This document shows positions 13,380 through 26,561 of a DNA stretch of 64,000 nt, in pieces. The stretch comes from Octopus vulgaris (lineage: Eukaryota): positions 76,074,001 through 76,138,000 of the forward strand of contig OX597820.1 of NCBI GenBank assembly GCA_951406725.2, read 5' to 3'. The translations under genes and the position numbers were made by a program. The notes below the pieces were generated by a model, which ran no database searches, was not told the origin of the DNA, and was given only the letters and a program-made list of their open reading frames with translations. Each line of letters opens with the position of its first letter. Positions within the stretch are counted from its first letter, which is position 1.

Positions 13380-13929
13380 GCGCGCACACACACACACATG
13401 CACACACACGCAATAATTTGTATTTATGTATGTATGGAATTTCAGCATCAACAACTGGGTATTCTTGTATGTATGTATGTATGTATGTATGTATGTATGT
13501 ATATATGTATGTATGTATGTACATAGATCATTATTCAGTTTTATTTCAAGATTTCTTGCCAATAGAGAAAGAGCCGGTTTCTAACCTAGATCCAAGGCTC
13601 CTTCACTGGAATTTCAACAACAATAGGGAATTTTGTATGTATGTATACTTGCAAATTCGCATGTTTTGTTTTATGTATGTATCCTCATGCATATAGTTGC
13701 ATATCTAGACATGTTCATATATACTGAAAAGATGAACTTCTGGAAAGTTTTACAGATTTTTAAAGTTCCAGTGATGACTTTGATCTGTAGACTTCGAACC
13801 AGCCTTCTCCTTTCTGGTTTTGAGAAGCCTCATTTATCAGGATTGGTATTTAGGTAGTCAGTTACTTGTGCCAGTGCCTGGATAATTACAGGTCTAAACC
13901 TTAAATTGTAATCTGGATAGAGTAACTGC

Positions 13930-13981
13930 AGAGAATACCTACGCTGAGCTATTGAGAAATAGCTCATCGTAGGTATTCTCT
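13930..13981. repeat. Near-perfect 24-bp hairpin with GAGA tetraloop
   Basis: AGAGAATACCTACGCTGAGCTATT GAGA AATAGCTCATCGTAGGTATTCTCT, one mismatch. Confidence 0.85.
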
Positions 13982-14397
13982 TTTTCTCTGATCTTTAGCT
14001 TTATGTTAACAGCTACTGGACAGCTGATTTCCACAACTGTACAAAATTTCTCTTCTCTATCCCAAATCATTATATCAGATCTATTGTTTATCTATTTTAT
14101 TGAGGTTTTCACTGGGACATTCCACCAGTACTACTTTCTATTATGAGTGGCTATAGCTTCTACCATATTGTGTGGTTTTTTATTTCTTTGTCCTCAGGGT
14201 TATCCTTCCGACGACCTCATTATATCGTGTCCTAGCTACAACATCATGTATCATCGGTAGATAATACCGTGACGACACTTTTGGACAACTTCTTACGATG
14301 TGGGTGATATCTTTGTTATGTATGCATGTAGTATGTGTATCTGTATATATATGTGTGTGTGTATGTATATATCTATATATCTATACATATATATATA

Positions 14398-14450
<53 letters not shown>

Positions 14451-14640
14451 GTATATACATATATATGTATATGTTTGTATGTATGTATGTGTCTATGTAT
14501 GTATGTGTGCGTGTATGTATGTATGTATGTATATATGTATAGGCGTAGCTGTGTGGCAAGTAGCTTGCTTTCCAGCCACTAAGTTCTGGATTCAGGCTGC
14601 TGCTATAGCCTCGCGCCAACCAATATGTTGTGAGTGCTAC

Positions 14641-15140
14641 TGGTAACATGTAACCCAGTACAACCTGTTGCATGATCGGGTCGTCGGTGACTAAACCGGC
14701 AACCCCACCAAGCTTGCTTGGTGAGGAGGGTGTTTATTAGACACCCTACGGGATGAAAAACAAAACCCGTCAAAGGGCGGAGGAACTCTTGAGAGTCACC
14801 GGCCATCCAATAAATATCTTAAGGCTGTATCATGCGCGGGGATATAGAAATAATCGGACTGAGTACCCGATCGCGCGGTTAAACCATTGGGAGTGAAGGA
14901 CTTCTAGCCTTTGTTAGGGCATCCTTCTAGGAGAAGGTAACTCAGGTAACTGGGATAACTCCGACATAAAACTTGCGGCTCACTGGTTACCGATGATGTT
15001 GACTTGTTCTTCTTTTCGTATTACGGCTGCTGTTGCTTAGTGAGTGGGATTGACTCAGTGCACAGTCTTTCCTCACTTTAAAATAAATCTTATTGCACAT
15101 TGCTTCGTGCAATGGCCATACTCGATAACGAGGGGGCAGC
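14641..15140 (+). mobile_element. Probable non-autonomous RTE-derived element (5'UTR-like + 3' tail), highly structured
   Basis: GGGCATCCTTCTAGGAGAAGGTAACTC resembles the RTE 5'UTR motif; CCATACTCGATAACGAGGGGGCAGCC resembles an RTE tail; several hairpins; no credible protein ORF. Confidence 0.5.
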
Positions 15141-15324
15141 CACCATGTATTTTTGCGTGTATAATTTTTCCAATGAAAATATCTTTTCAAAGTTTCACTC
15201 CATAGAAACTTCGAAGTCACTGTCACATTCACCCCCTCTTCTTATAAATGTATTATAAAAATGTACTCTACCAAAAAGTGTCAAGTAATCCTTCAGATAT
15301 ATATATATATGTATATATATATAT

Positions 15325-15672
15325 GTAAAAAAATACAAACTGGGACAAGAACGCAAAACATTTAGAAGACGATACAAAAAACACGGACGGGACATTCGAA
15401 GCTTTCAATCTTCAGTCAAGAACCGGATCATCCTCGCAATTTCGGTTGATTAATCTTGAGATCGCTCCGATCCGGCCAGCCCCAAGGAAAAACTAAGCTA
15501 CAAGCATTAGATTTCTTGAAAAAAGGATCGAATGTATACGAAACAAAGACAGAAAAACGGACGATGCCACACGAATATAAATACAAAAGACAATAATAGT
15601 AATAACAGGACAAAAACAGCGGGTGTCGTACGACTTTAGACAGTTCAACTTAGCTTAACTGGCGTATTTGGA

Positions 15673-15675
<3 letters not shown>
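15325..15675 (-). mobile_element. Structured non-coding repeat in (TA)n (family H5)
   Basis: Homologous to 34988-35262 with compensatory base changes. Confidence 0.7.
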
Positions 15676-15708
<33 letters not shown>

Positions 15709-15851
15709 ATATATATAGCATCCCTGTGAGACCAGCTTAATATATATATATATATATAGATATAGATATATATATATGATAATATTTTTTTCAGAGAAAA
15801 ATTTCACCAAAAGTGGCAGCATATTAAAATACCTTTAGAGGTTAACATTTT

Positions 15852-15987
15852 ATATACAACTTATAAACAAGGGCAAAAGAAAAATTATTTCTATGCCAAT
15901 ATGCTGATAACAGACTTTAAATCGTCAATTTCCACATTTCATTATACATTCACTAGGGAATAATTTTTCTTTAGCCCTTGTTTATAA

Positions 15988-15996
<9 letters not shown>
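15852..15996. repeat. ~38-bp inverted repeat pair adjoining (TA)n
   Basis: ATATACAACTTATAAACAAGGGCAAAAGAAAAATTATT / AATAATTTTTCTTTAGCCCTTGTTTATAAATTGTATAT. Confidence 0.75.
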
Positions 15997-16039
<43 letters not shown>

Positions 16040-16043
<4 letters not shown>

Positions 16044-16221
16044 ATCCAAACAAGAAAGCACAAAAAAAACACAACAACGCGAGGACGTGGAACAAACATA
16101 GTATTATTGGACGCTCAGGAAAGAATGAGGGTTTAACGTTTCGAGCGGAGCTCTTCGTCGGAAACATAGGAGAAGGAAAGATCCAGAGAAGGGAAGACAG
16201 AGGAAAAAAATCGCCAACCAA
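16040..16221 (-). mobile_element. Family H2 element with hammerhead motif at 16131-16165
   Basis: Hammerhead motif identical to 11119-11153, on minus strand; flanked by (TA)n. Confidence 0.75.
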
Positions 16222-16243
16222 TATATATATATATATATATATT

Positions 16244-16405
<162 letters not shown>

Positions 16406-16904
16406 TATGCAGGGACAAGGAGAAGAAGAGAAATAATTATCGATACACTAGAGGAAGTAAAATTATTATCGATACACTAGCTATAAAGAAACAAGTAGAC
16501 TGAGAATCATAAATATTAGTAAAGAATGAAATTTTCGGAATTTCTAAAGCAGCAAATTTCAGATTGCTCTTCCGGAAAACCATCAGCCATTGTTGGTTTA
16601 CAGATAGAAAAGCTTGAACAGAAAACATCTGTCGATGCAGGTATAAGAGGGAACTAATGAAACGATTAACTTTATGATATTTCCTTTTCGTTTAAGATTC
16701 TGTTTTCTCTCGCCGAGCTTGATAAAATAAAAGTCAAGGGTTTAGTTTTCAAATATCTCAGCCTGAAACTTTGTCAGAAATCATTGTTATAATTTTATAT
16801 AGATTAAGATAATTATTGATTAAAATTTCGGTGGAGTACTGAACGAAATATGCTGCAGTATTTCTTTATTTCCTTTTACTCCCTTAGTTTAAAATATGTT
16901 TGTT

Positions 16905-17199
16905 CCTTCTCAAGCCACGCATGGCTCATAAGGGCCGGTTTTCCAGTTTCCTTGGCGTATAGTTTCCCAACCTGGAAAGGACGTCGGTCCGTTGCAGGTG
17001 AGCTGCAAGATGCAGGAGGAAAGAGTGAGAGAAAGTTGTGGCAAAAGAGTTAGCAGAAGTTCGCCATTACCTTCTGCCGGAGCCGTGTGGAGGTTAGATA
17101 TTTCACTCATAAACATACACATCACCCGGTCTTATATTCGAAGCCGCGATCTCTCGATCGTGAGTCCGCTGCTCTAACCCCTAGGTCATGTGCCTCCAC
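16905..17199 (-). mobile_element. tRNA-derived SINE (family D)
   Basis: TGGAGGCACATGACCTAGGGGTTAGAGCAGCGGACTCACG head; homology to 4060-4290. Confidence 0.7.
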
Positions 17200-18431
17200 A
17201 GTTCAAAATATACAACGCTGAAACTTAGCAATGTATTATTCTAGTCTGCGCAGGATCAAATGATTACTAGTCAAATACACGAATGAGCGAGAGAGAGCGC
17301 TTTTGCACTTCATAAAGGATCTGAGTTGTTAGCGCCTTGTTTGCATGAAGTTAAATATATTTTTCATAAGTATGAACTTCGAATTTCGCTCTGCTATGGA
17401 GAGTAAAATATGTGAAATTCAAAACTTTGATTTTTAAGAAATTATTTTTAAAAATATTAAAAAAAAACTTTTAATATTGTTTACACAACAACGCAATTTT
17501 TATGAAGACAGTTTTTAGGGTAACACCCATGCATTAGATTTAATATGTGTGACATATACCCTCGAGGGCCAGGGATAAAATATGCGCACTTGAAAGAGGT
17601 GCATTTGCATGTATCACACATATGATATTTTTCGTTAACATGATAAGTGTTTCCTGATGAATTACACAAAATATTTCAAAATACATTCCAAAAAGAGATA
17701 ACTTAGGAAAAAATAGATTGCTTGCTGAAAGAGCGAAAAAGTGAGACTTTCAGTTATTTAATGAAAAACTCTACATTTACATATGCATACATGGAAAGCG
17801 ATGGGGAACATATACAAAAGAAAGAAAGAGGGAGACATACACGCACACGACGGGCTTCCGTCTAACAGTTTCCGTCTAACAGATTCACTCTTCAGGCATT
17901 GTCCGACTCGGAGTTATAGTAGAAAAGACTAAAGATAATACACAGTGGTACTCAATAACTATTATATAACTATATTTTTGATATGTGTGCTATTGTATTT
18001 GACTCCCCCATTTCTTTTGTTTTTTCTATTTTGTTTCACCGAATGCTGTGTGTTCAGCATCTCACGCTTCATAGAATCACCAAATATCTCATAGCAAAAC
18101 AACTCAGCATAATGAATTTCTGAAGAAAATTCCATTAAAAAATTCAACAAAATGGCGACGAATTTACTAAAACGCGATGCTAATTAAAATAACGGCTGAG
18201 GATGAGGGTGTAGCGTGAAACAATGTCACCTACATCAGCAGACAGAAGCAGTAATAGGTATATAGCAGTTCAGCTGAAGGTTATGGATGTTGGGCTGCTT
18301 GTAATAATTGGTAAAAGTTGATGAAAAAGAGAAAGAAAAGGAAGAAGAGCAAATAATGAACGTGTGATTGATTCGCTGGAACGCTCTTCATGGTGACGCC
18401 GCTGCTCACAAAGGCTATATGCAGATACGTG

Positions 18432-18480
<49 letters not shown>

Positions 18481-18529
18481 ATAAATATATATATACATGT
18501 ATATAAATATATATATATATATATGTGTA

Positions 18530-18790
18530 TCTCTCTATATATAAAACTGAGAATGAGTGTCTGTCTGTCTGTCTGTGTGTTTCCCTAAAACTTGAGAACT
18601 ACACAACCAATTTCATTCAAATTTTACATATGCCTTACTTAGGGTCCATGTAGTTTCATGGGCAAAAAACAAAACGTTCAACTTCTTGCCTAGGGCGAGC
18701 CCATAGCAATATCATATCTTCTTCCTTATTTCTCTATTTTATGTCAGATACTTTCACTTTAACAATAAAAATTGTGGAAGTTAAACTCAA
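18530..18790 (+). mobile_element. Probable non-autonomous Helitron 5' segment
   Basis: TC..TATATATAAA start, (TGTC)n, GAACTACACAACCAATTTCATTCAAATTT motif typical of animal Helitron 5' ends; no 3' end seen. Confidence 0.5.
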
Positions 18791-18964
18791 AACATAAGGA
18801 TGGACAAAATGTCAATAAGCATTTTGTCTGGCATGCAAATAATTCTGCCAGCTTGCTATCTTCCTGTATCCTAACAAATTAGTTATAAAATCAAACTAAA
18901 GTATAATATAATCGTAACATAACAAAAGTAAAAATAGCAATTGGTATAAAATTGCATCACTGAC

Positions 18965-19572
18965 TTGAACTTGAATAAGTGGTTTCACATGAATGGGAAA
19001 ATTCTTCGCATCAAATGGCAGAATCATGTCCCCAACAAAGATGTCCTCAAGCAAGCAGGAATACCAAGCATGTTTGCACTCCTCACACAAAGACGTATAA
19101 GATGGCTTGGACATGTTAGCCGTATGGAAGATGGCAGAATCCCCAAGGACATACTTAACGGAGAGCTTGCTAGGGGCACTAGGTCTGGGGGAAGACCGTT
19201 ATTACGATACAAGGATGTTTGCAAAAGGAACATGAATGCCTGCAACATCAATATTACCAACTGGGAAGAAGTTGCCAGCAACCGTGGAGATTGGCGACGT
19301 ACCGTAAAAGAGGGAACACAAAGGAGTGACATAGAGAGAGAGAGAGGAGAAATGGAAAGACAAGAAAAGACGTCAACAAGAAACTGTGACATTACAACCA
19401 GCTAGGCAAAATCTTCGCTACATTTGCGGCACCTGCCAGAGGCAGTGTTTGTCCAGGATAGGACTACACAGCCACAGAAGGAGATGTATTAAGACATGAA
19501 ATGTAAAAGCCGGACTAGATTATTTTATGCGCAACTCCATTGTCTCTCGAGACAAAAAGGATGCCAACAACA
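18965..19572 (+). mobile_element. 3' fragment of RTE-clade LINE
   Basis: ILRIKWQNHVPN..RRIRWLGHVSRMEDGRIPKDIL.GEL..G.RS.GRP..RYKD; tail CCATTGTCTCTCGAGACAAAAAGGATGCC(AAC)n. Confidence 0.9.
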
Positions 19573-19879
19573 ATATATATGGATTTCGTAGACAGGAACT
19601 GAAACAAATCAATCGTATATATATGTAAGTATATATGTAAGTGTATGTGTGTGTCGTTGTCTCTGTGTCTCGCCCTCATCACTGCTTCACAATTGCTGTT
19701 CAATTATTTACATCCACATAACTTACTGGTTTCGCAAGAACAAACTAATAGATTAAGTACTAGGCTTATCAACATAAAAAAGCATTAGGCTGTGTCGCAT
19801 ATTTTTGTTTGCCCACTCAGTTGTATCTATCAATTTATCTTTGTATGTGTGTGTGTGTATATCTCTATCTACATCTCTT

Positions 19880-19899
<20 letters not shown>

Positions 19900-19951
<52 letters not shown>

Positions 19952-21262
19952 CACCCTAACGGGAGCCTTAACTCCTAAATTTTAGTCATTTCTTTTATGA
20001 TCCAAAACTAGGTCAAAAGTACTGAACGGATCTTTATGAAATTTGGAAATTATATTCTATGCATAAGGGCCATAACCCCCATGACAATTCATATATTTTT
20101 GCTGTTAATGAAATTTTAACCATAGATATTAGACACAAATGAAGTAATATTTATAAAATTTCATCTTCTTACAAAGTTAGAAAGACCCCTCCATGGGGAC
20201 TTAACACCAACAATTTTGTCATTTTATCTAAGCAAAAACGAATACAGTTGTGCTCTTGAAAGTTGTAGGGTTACCCGAGCATAAAAGTTGTGCATTATTT
20301 CTAATTCAATGGTACAACAGTGTAACAGTTTGCTTTGACATACACTTACATTGTTATTTCTGCAATGTGGTGCATAAATTGTCAAGTAAATGAGAGGCAT
20401 CTTTGCCTCCACTGATTCAGTTGCAAAGTGTTGAGTAAAGTTGATTGCAGACCTCCTTTCAGTCTTTTTATTATCACTCGGTCACACATAGTCCCCAGAT
20501 GGTAACATTGATTTCAAGGCCTTCCCAGATTAGTGACTGGTAATTCAAAGACATCTATAGATTTTTAATTTATTCTGTCCAGTTACGTATCAGTATAGTG
20601 GTCATTTGCAAACTCCAGAGGTGACACTTTAATTTCTCCTTAGCCCTCACGTCACACAGTTGTTAATGTTGATTTCAGTTGGGTCACGCCTTTCCAATTG
20701 CTATAGATTCGTAATGCATCTTACGGCTGTGCCTGCCACCTGGATGGTGAGGAATCCTACATTGGGAGTGGTAACGACTAGGGTAGGGTAACTGACTGCT
20801 TGTTGTAATCATTCGTCTTTTGGTTTCCTGTAGCTTTGCTCTCTTTTACAAACCCAGTGAACATATATTTCCTATTTCAAAGAAATTCAAACAATAGATA
20901 TAAGACCCAAGTTAAAAAGATTTTCAACAATTCAACTTCTCTGGTTGACATTAAGATGCCCACCCCCAACAGGGTCCTTGACTCTCACATTTTAGAGCTG
21001 CATGACCTTCATTTTTCAGGAGCAAAATCTTTTTAACAGGTTCAATAAGACTAGAATTTTGGAATATGCGCATAAAAATCAGTAGTATGGGATACATGTG
21101 GCACGATTACATTTTTTTAGGGTTTGTAAAGAGGGAAATAACCCGCATCTGCAATTTGATGAAATTCGAAACATAGATATTCCAGTTCATTACAGAAGAT
21201 ATAACAGAAAAGTCTAATTCTTCAATTAAATGTAACCTGGCAACGCCGGGTATCTCTGCTAG
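19900..21262 (+). mobile_element. Non-autonomous Helitron, ~1.35 kb
   Basis: 5' TC/(TA)n-AAAA with ACTGAACGGATCTTTATGAAATTT motif; 3' hairpin ACCTGGC-AAC-GCCGGGT followed by CTAG|T. Confidence 0.75.
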
Positions 21263-21474
21263 TATATATATACATTTATATATATATATATATGTATATA
21301 TATGTATATATATATATATGTATATAAATATATATATATGTATATATATACATATATGTATATATATACACATATATATAAACATAAATGTATCTATATA
21401 TAAAGTGCATGTGTATAATATCTATCTACTAATCTATCCATGTGTTTGTCTCTGTCTGTCAGTCCCTCTCTCTC

Positions 21475-21543
<69 letters not shown>

Positions 21544-21735
21544 GAATACAGTCACACACGTGCGCGCATCACATGTATATGACCGCGTGACTTCGAAATT
21601 TCAGCCAGCTAATTGCTGAAACATCGAAGTCGCTATCGATAATAATCTTGTTCAAGAATGATAAATTTTTACTCCACAAAAGTAGAGATTTAATGTAAAA
21701 TTGCTTTTATCATAACTGAATATAAAACCCAAATA

Positions 21736-21779
<44 letters not shown>

Positions 21780-21831
21780 TCATATATGTCCTCGCGTTGT
21801 GTTTTCTCTTTGTATTGTTATGTTTGGATTA

Positions 21832-21896
<65 letters not shown>

Positions 21897-21921
21897 ATAC
21901 ATGTAAATACACATACATATA

Positions 21922-21952
<31 letters not shown>

Positions 21953-22429
21953 AGGAAATGCCAACGAGAATGAGAACATGAGCAAGGAGAACAAGAAATA
22001 ATGGTAATAATAATTATACTGCCAGAGAAGAACAAGAAGAACAAGAAGGAATTGAAAAACTGTGTCTGTTTCCTTCTTCTAAATTAAAGAATATTCGCTA
22101 TGATTGGCGTACGATTCCTCTTAAACGGGAGAGAGCAATTTCTCCGTAAAATTATTGTCGAGCGAAGCATGAAGGCGATAATGTTAAATGTAATGGACGC
22201 CATCTTGCATGAAAACCAATTTTTGACATCGTTTTCTAAATACCTTTCAATCTCAGAGGTTGTAAATTATTTTGTTTTGTTTTGTGTGATATTATTTTTT
22301 TCTTTTCAGATGAGAATGCAAACTCAATGTTGTGAACAACTAATTGTCTTAAAGCGACCGCTTTTACGCGAACAACTCGCATCCACTTTTTTTAACCTTT
22401 CCGTTTTATTTTCCTTTTAATTTATATTC

Positions 22430-22534
22430 ATCATCATTACAATCATGGTCGTCGTCGTCGTCGTCACCGCCACTACCACCATCACCACCACAACAACCAA
22501 CACCACAACCACAACCACCACCACCACCACCACC

Positions 22535-22566
<32 letters not shown>

Positions 22567-22586
22567 CATCATCATCGTCGTCATCG

Positions 22587-22618
<32 letters not shown>

Positions 22619-22628
22619 GTCATCATCG

Positions 22629-22681
<53 letters not shown>

Positions 22682-22923
22682 GTCGTCGTCATCATCATCC
22701 TCACCGTCATCATTCTTCATCATCTTGAACATCGCCTTTTAGTTATGATATTATCATTATTCTTGTTGTTGCTGCTGGTGGTGTTACTGTTGTCGTCGTT
22801 GTTGTTGTTGTTGTTGCTGTTTTCATCATTATCGTCATCGTTATCTTCATCATTGCTATTCTTATCATGATTATTATTATTATTATGTTATTATTTTTAT
22901 TGTTGTTGTTGTTGTTGTTGTTG

Positions 22924-22982
<59 letters not shown>
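22430..22982. repeat. Compound trinucleotide microsatellite (CAC/CAT/GTC/GTT/TTA)
   Basis: Direct inspection; source of poly-D/M/I/N pseudo-ORFs. Confidence 0.9.
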
Positions 22983-22983
<1 letters not shown>

Positions 22984-23204
22984 CTTCGTAACATACTGTA
23001 GGTAAAAATGCACCGGAGCCTTTAGTTGTTTGTCGACTCACAACAAGGTCCGAATCCATCCGAAACACTTCTCAGCGCCCTAAGTTATTCCATTTCCCAA
23101 TGCAGAACTGGTGGAAATTACAGGTGGGGAGACGGACTGCGATGAGGACTGGGAGGTAAAAGCACTAAAACGTAAAAAATAAACATACAGACAATCAACA
23201 ACAA

Positions 23205-23440
23205 CAATCATCATCTGTTCGATTGGAGTCAATTTTTTCTGTCTGCTGGTATTAGGAAGTTTCAAAGAATGGTGACGCCCTCGCTATTTACTACATCTTC
23301 TGGATGGTGCCTGTGCCACTTATCATGGGATTTAATTTTGTAGTATTTACAAGCATTCCAGTGGATGTACTGCCCTAAGTCTGTCATGTCTTATGAGGAA
23401 CTCCTCTTCTGGGAGGGATGAGCAGCCAGAAACAAAATCA
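23205..23440 (-). mobile_element. R4/Dong-like LINE fragment
   Basis: VSGCSSLPEEEFLIRHDRL / GQYIHWNACKYYKI..KWHRHHPE..VTIL..ADRK..DSNR with frameshifts. Confidence 0.75.
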
Positions 23441-24328
23441 AGGCAGTAAAAAATAAATACGCCCAAAACGAACACTACATTGACACCACCACCTCTAAAA
23501 CCTGAAACACAAGCCATTCCGCACAAAACCACAACAACAATCAAAGTCACCATCACCATTACAAATGTCACAACCACGACGACGACGACCACCACCACCA
23601 CCACCACAGCAACAACAACAACAAACACAAACTAAAGAAGTAACATTAGGAACTACATGGCAATAAACTCAAAAATGATGAATTAAAGAAATATATAACA
23701 GGCACAAATATTTCGTCACACCCATATTCCTCTAACATGTACACATACAAATCATTCAAAGTTAAAAACCCAATTCTTGCAGGAAATCGAGGGTTTTTGA
23801 GCGAATAACATGAAGAGAATTCTTGGTGATTTGCTGTTGGAAACACCCCAAGTCAACAGGAGGGACTGGCAAACCACCCCTTCAAACAACACCAATTAAG
23901 TTTTCCCTTTCTTATTTTCTCTTTTTTCCGACAACATAGACGTGTACAAAATAAGCAGCTTGAATGTACGTGGCATGGGGGTCGTCTTTGAAGCGGGGTC
24001 ATCTTCTCAATGACCTCAGAAAACTGAGTGAAAAAGGAAACGAAACGAAGAAAGGTACCTGCCCCCCAAAAGTCAGGGCACCCATGGTTTTTATGGAGTT
24101 TGCCATGAGCAGCCCTCGAACGTCTCCTTCCTATTAAAGATTACACATTATTGATTTGTTTTTTATTTTTTATTTTTTATTTTATTAGTCTTGTTTAGAC
24201 GCAAAACCCTCACAACTACACACACTCACACACATACAAACACACACACACACACCTATTTTTGTTTTGTCCTGTACTGTCCATAATGTTTTCCTTCATG
24301 TAAACCCTTGTGGTTAATAAAGAAATCA

Positions 24329-24406
<78 letters not shown>

Positions 24407-24409
24407 TAT

Positions 24410-24690
24410 GGTTTCTTTTCATTATAACTTAATTTCAACTGCCTTACTACGGGGCATCCTCCGGAAGCCAAGAGTAGGAAAGGCACTTTTGTTTTGCTAT
24501 GCAAGCTAAAATAGTCACCACATTTATTCCATTTTAGATGGAGAGTGCTTTCCGTAGTATATGGGCTGTACCCATCAAGGTTATCTTTTGTAGTTCATGG
24601 AGATTGGAGTTACGAGGGAGTTGCCTAATATACTTCTCAGCTCCCTTCTTTATCATTCCCAACGCACCAATCACCACTGGTATTATCGGG
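24410..24690 (-). mobile_element. R4/Dong-like LINE 3' end running into (TAA)n
   Basis: VVIGALGMIKKGAEKY..ELQKITLMGTAHILRKALSI*, homologous to 1905-2045; followed on minus strand by (TAA)n at 24330-24405. Confidence 0.8.
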
Positions 24691-24895
24691 TTCAACTGGC
24701 GCTTATTTTATCAACTCCGAAAGGATGAAAGGCAAAGACGACCTCGGTAGAATTTTAAATAATAATAATAATGGATGGTATCGACCTATCTTCTCCTCTG
24801 AAATTGCTGGCCTTGTGCTAAAATTTGTAAGGATTTCGAATATTATCATTATTAATCTTGTTGCTGAAGCAGCAGCAGTCGCCGCAGCAGTCGCG

Positions 24896-24957
<62 letters not shown>

Positions 24958-24982
24958 GGTGGTGGTGGTGGTGGTGGTGGTG

Positions 24983-25055
<73 letters not shown>

Positions 25056-25056
25056 A

Positions 25057-25114
<58 letters not shown>

Positions 25115-25564
25115 TTCTATCTCCTGTTTCCTTCTCTTCTCTTTTCCATCTTTGATTATTGGATTTTTTCTGCTTTCGTCTCTGTCTGATGTTTATACTC
25201 GCATTAACTCTGATGTAGTGTGCATTCGACCAAAGACACTTCCTGTTCCGACTGTCTCACATTTTTCGTATAAGATAAAAACACATCTTAGTATGCGGAG
25301 TGTATATGCTACTGACAGAGCCCAACCAAGCAGAAATGCGCATCTATCATTCGCAGAACCGCTGGTGAACAATATTCGTCTACTACTGATATATTTCTTT
25401 GTTTATTTAACACAGTGCGTCCTTAAGAGATAGTATCACGGAAAGAACAACGCAGTTAATCTAGTTGTTATGTATTTGGATTAATAATGGTTCACAGACG
25501 GATATGCATACATAATTACATATATACATACATATATACATCCACACATACATACATACATACA

Positions 25565-25600
<36 letters not shown>

Positions 25601-25655
25601 TATATATACTCACATACTTATATATATAATTATACTCACATACATGAGACCAAAA

Positions 25656-25698
<43 letters not shown>

Positions 25699-26561
25699 CA
25701 TACCATACACACATACTCACACACACGTACGTATATACATGTAATTATGTATGTTTATTAATATATATCTACGTATGTATGTTTATTTGAGGCGGATTGG
25801 ACCTTCTTGCGGCATACTGCGTTAGTGGCAGAGATAACTTCATACAGAATTTATAAATATTTACCGGAGAAAAAATTGTTTTGTGAGGGTAGGTTATATG
25901 GATGTTCAGATGTCTGACAATATATTAGGAAATACTTTGTTCCAAGAACATAGAAGGAATGTTAAGTTTTTGAATATCATTACATATGCCATAAGAGTTC
26001 AAAACAAAAAGGAAAGTAGAAAAGTATGTAATAGTTGCATGTGATGAAGGAAAAGGAGAAAAAACTAGAAAATAGGGAAGCTGACGAAAGAGGGATGGGA
26101 AGATAAAACTAGAAGAAATTTAAAAGAAAATTAAAACTGAAAGTATAAGGAGAGAGAGAGGGAGAGAGAGGGGAGAGAGAGAGGGGGAGAGGGAGAGAGA
26201 GAGAGAGAGAAGAAATAAGAAAAATAAAGAATAAGCTTTAGGAATGAAAGAATGAATTAATCCGTGATTAAGAGGATGTAATGTTTAGAAAGTATTTTAG
26301 GCGTGTAGGTTCCAGTTAGAACAATGGGAATTAATTAAACTTCAAACTAACGAGTTTGGTTGTGATGTGAAGAGGGTCTTTGAACAGGTTTTTAGCAATG
26401 GATTTGTCAGATCGATTGTAGGTTTGTAATATGTGTTTGTACGTACATGCGTACAGAGCTTGACTTGAAGAATTACATTGCGGGTGTGGGTTAATTACTT
26501 GAAAAGGCGTGTGCAATTATGTATGTATTTGTGTGTGTGTGTGTCTCTGTGTGGGTGTGGA

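Noticed and set aside
13560-13620. Hammerhead-like motif on minus strand (AGCCT..AGGTT A GAAA CCGG)
   Set aside because: The core reads CAGTGAAGG and no stem I can be formed.
22100-22420. 106-aa ORF and strong-looking acceptor at ~22309
   Set aside because: No recognisable protein motif or supporting exon partner.
23000-23170. Possible exon on either strand
   Set aside because: Splice-like signals occur on both strands, frames are short, and none could be favoured.
24180-24330. Possible L1/Tx1-type 3' end (TGTAAACC..GGTTAATAAAGAAA; similar at ~53860-53890)
   Set aside because: Only a short shared tail with no coding evidence to assign it.
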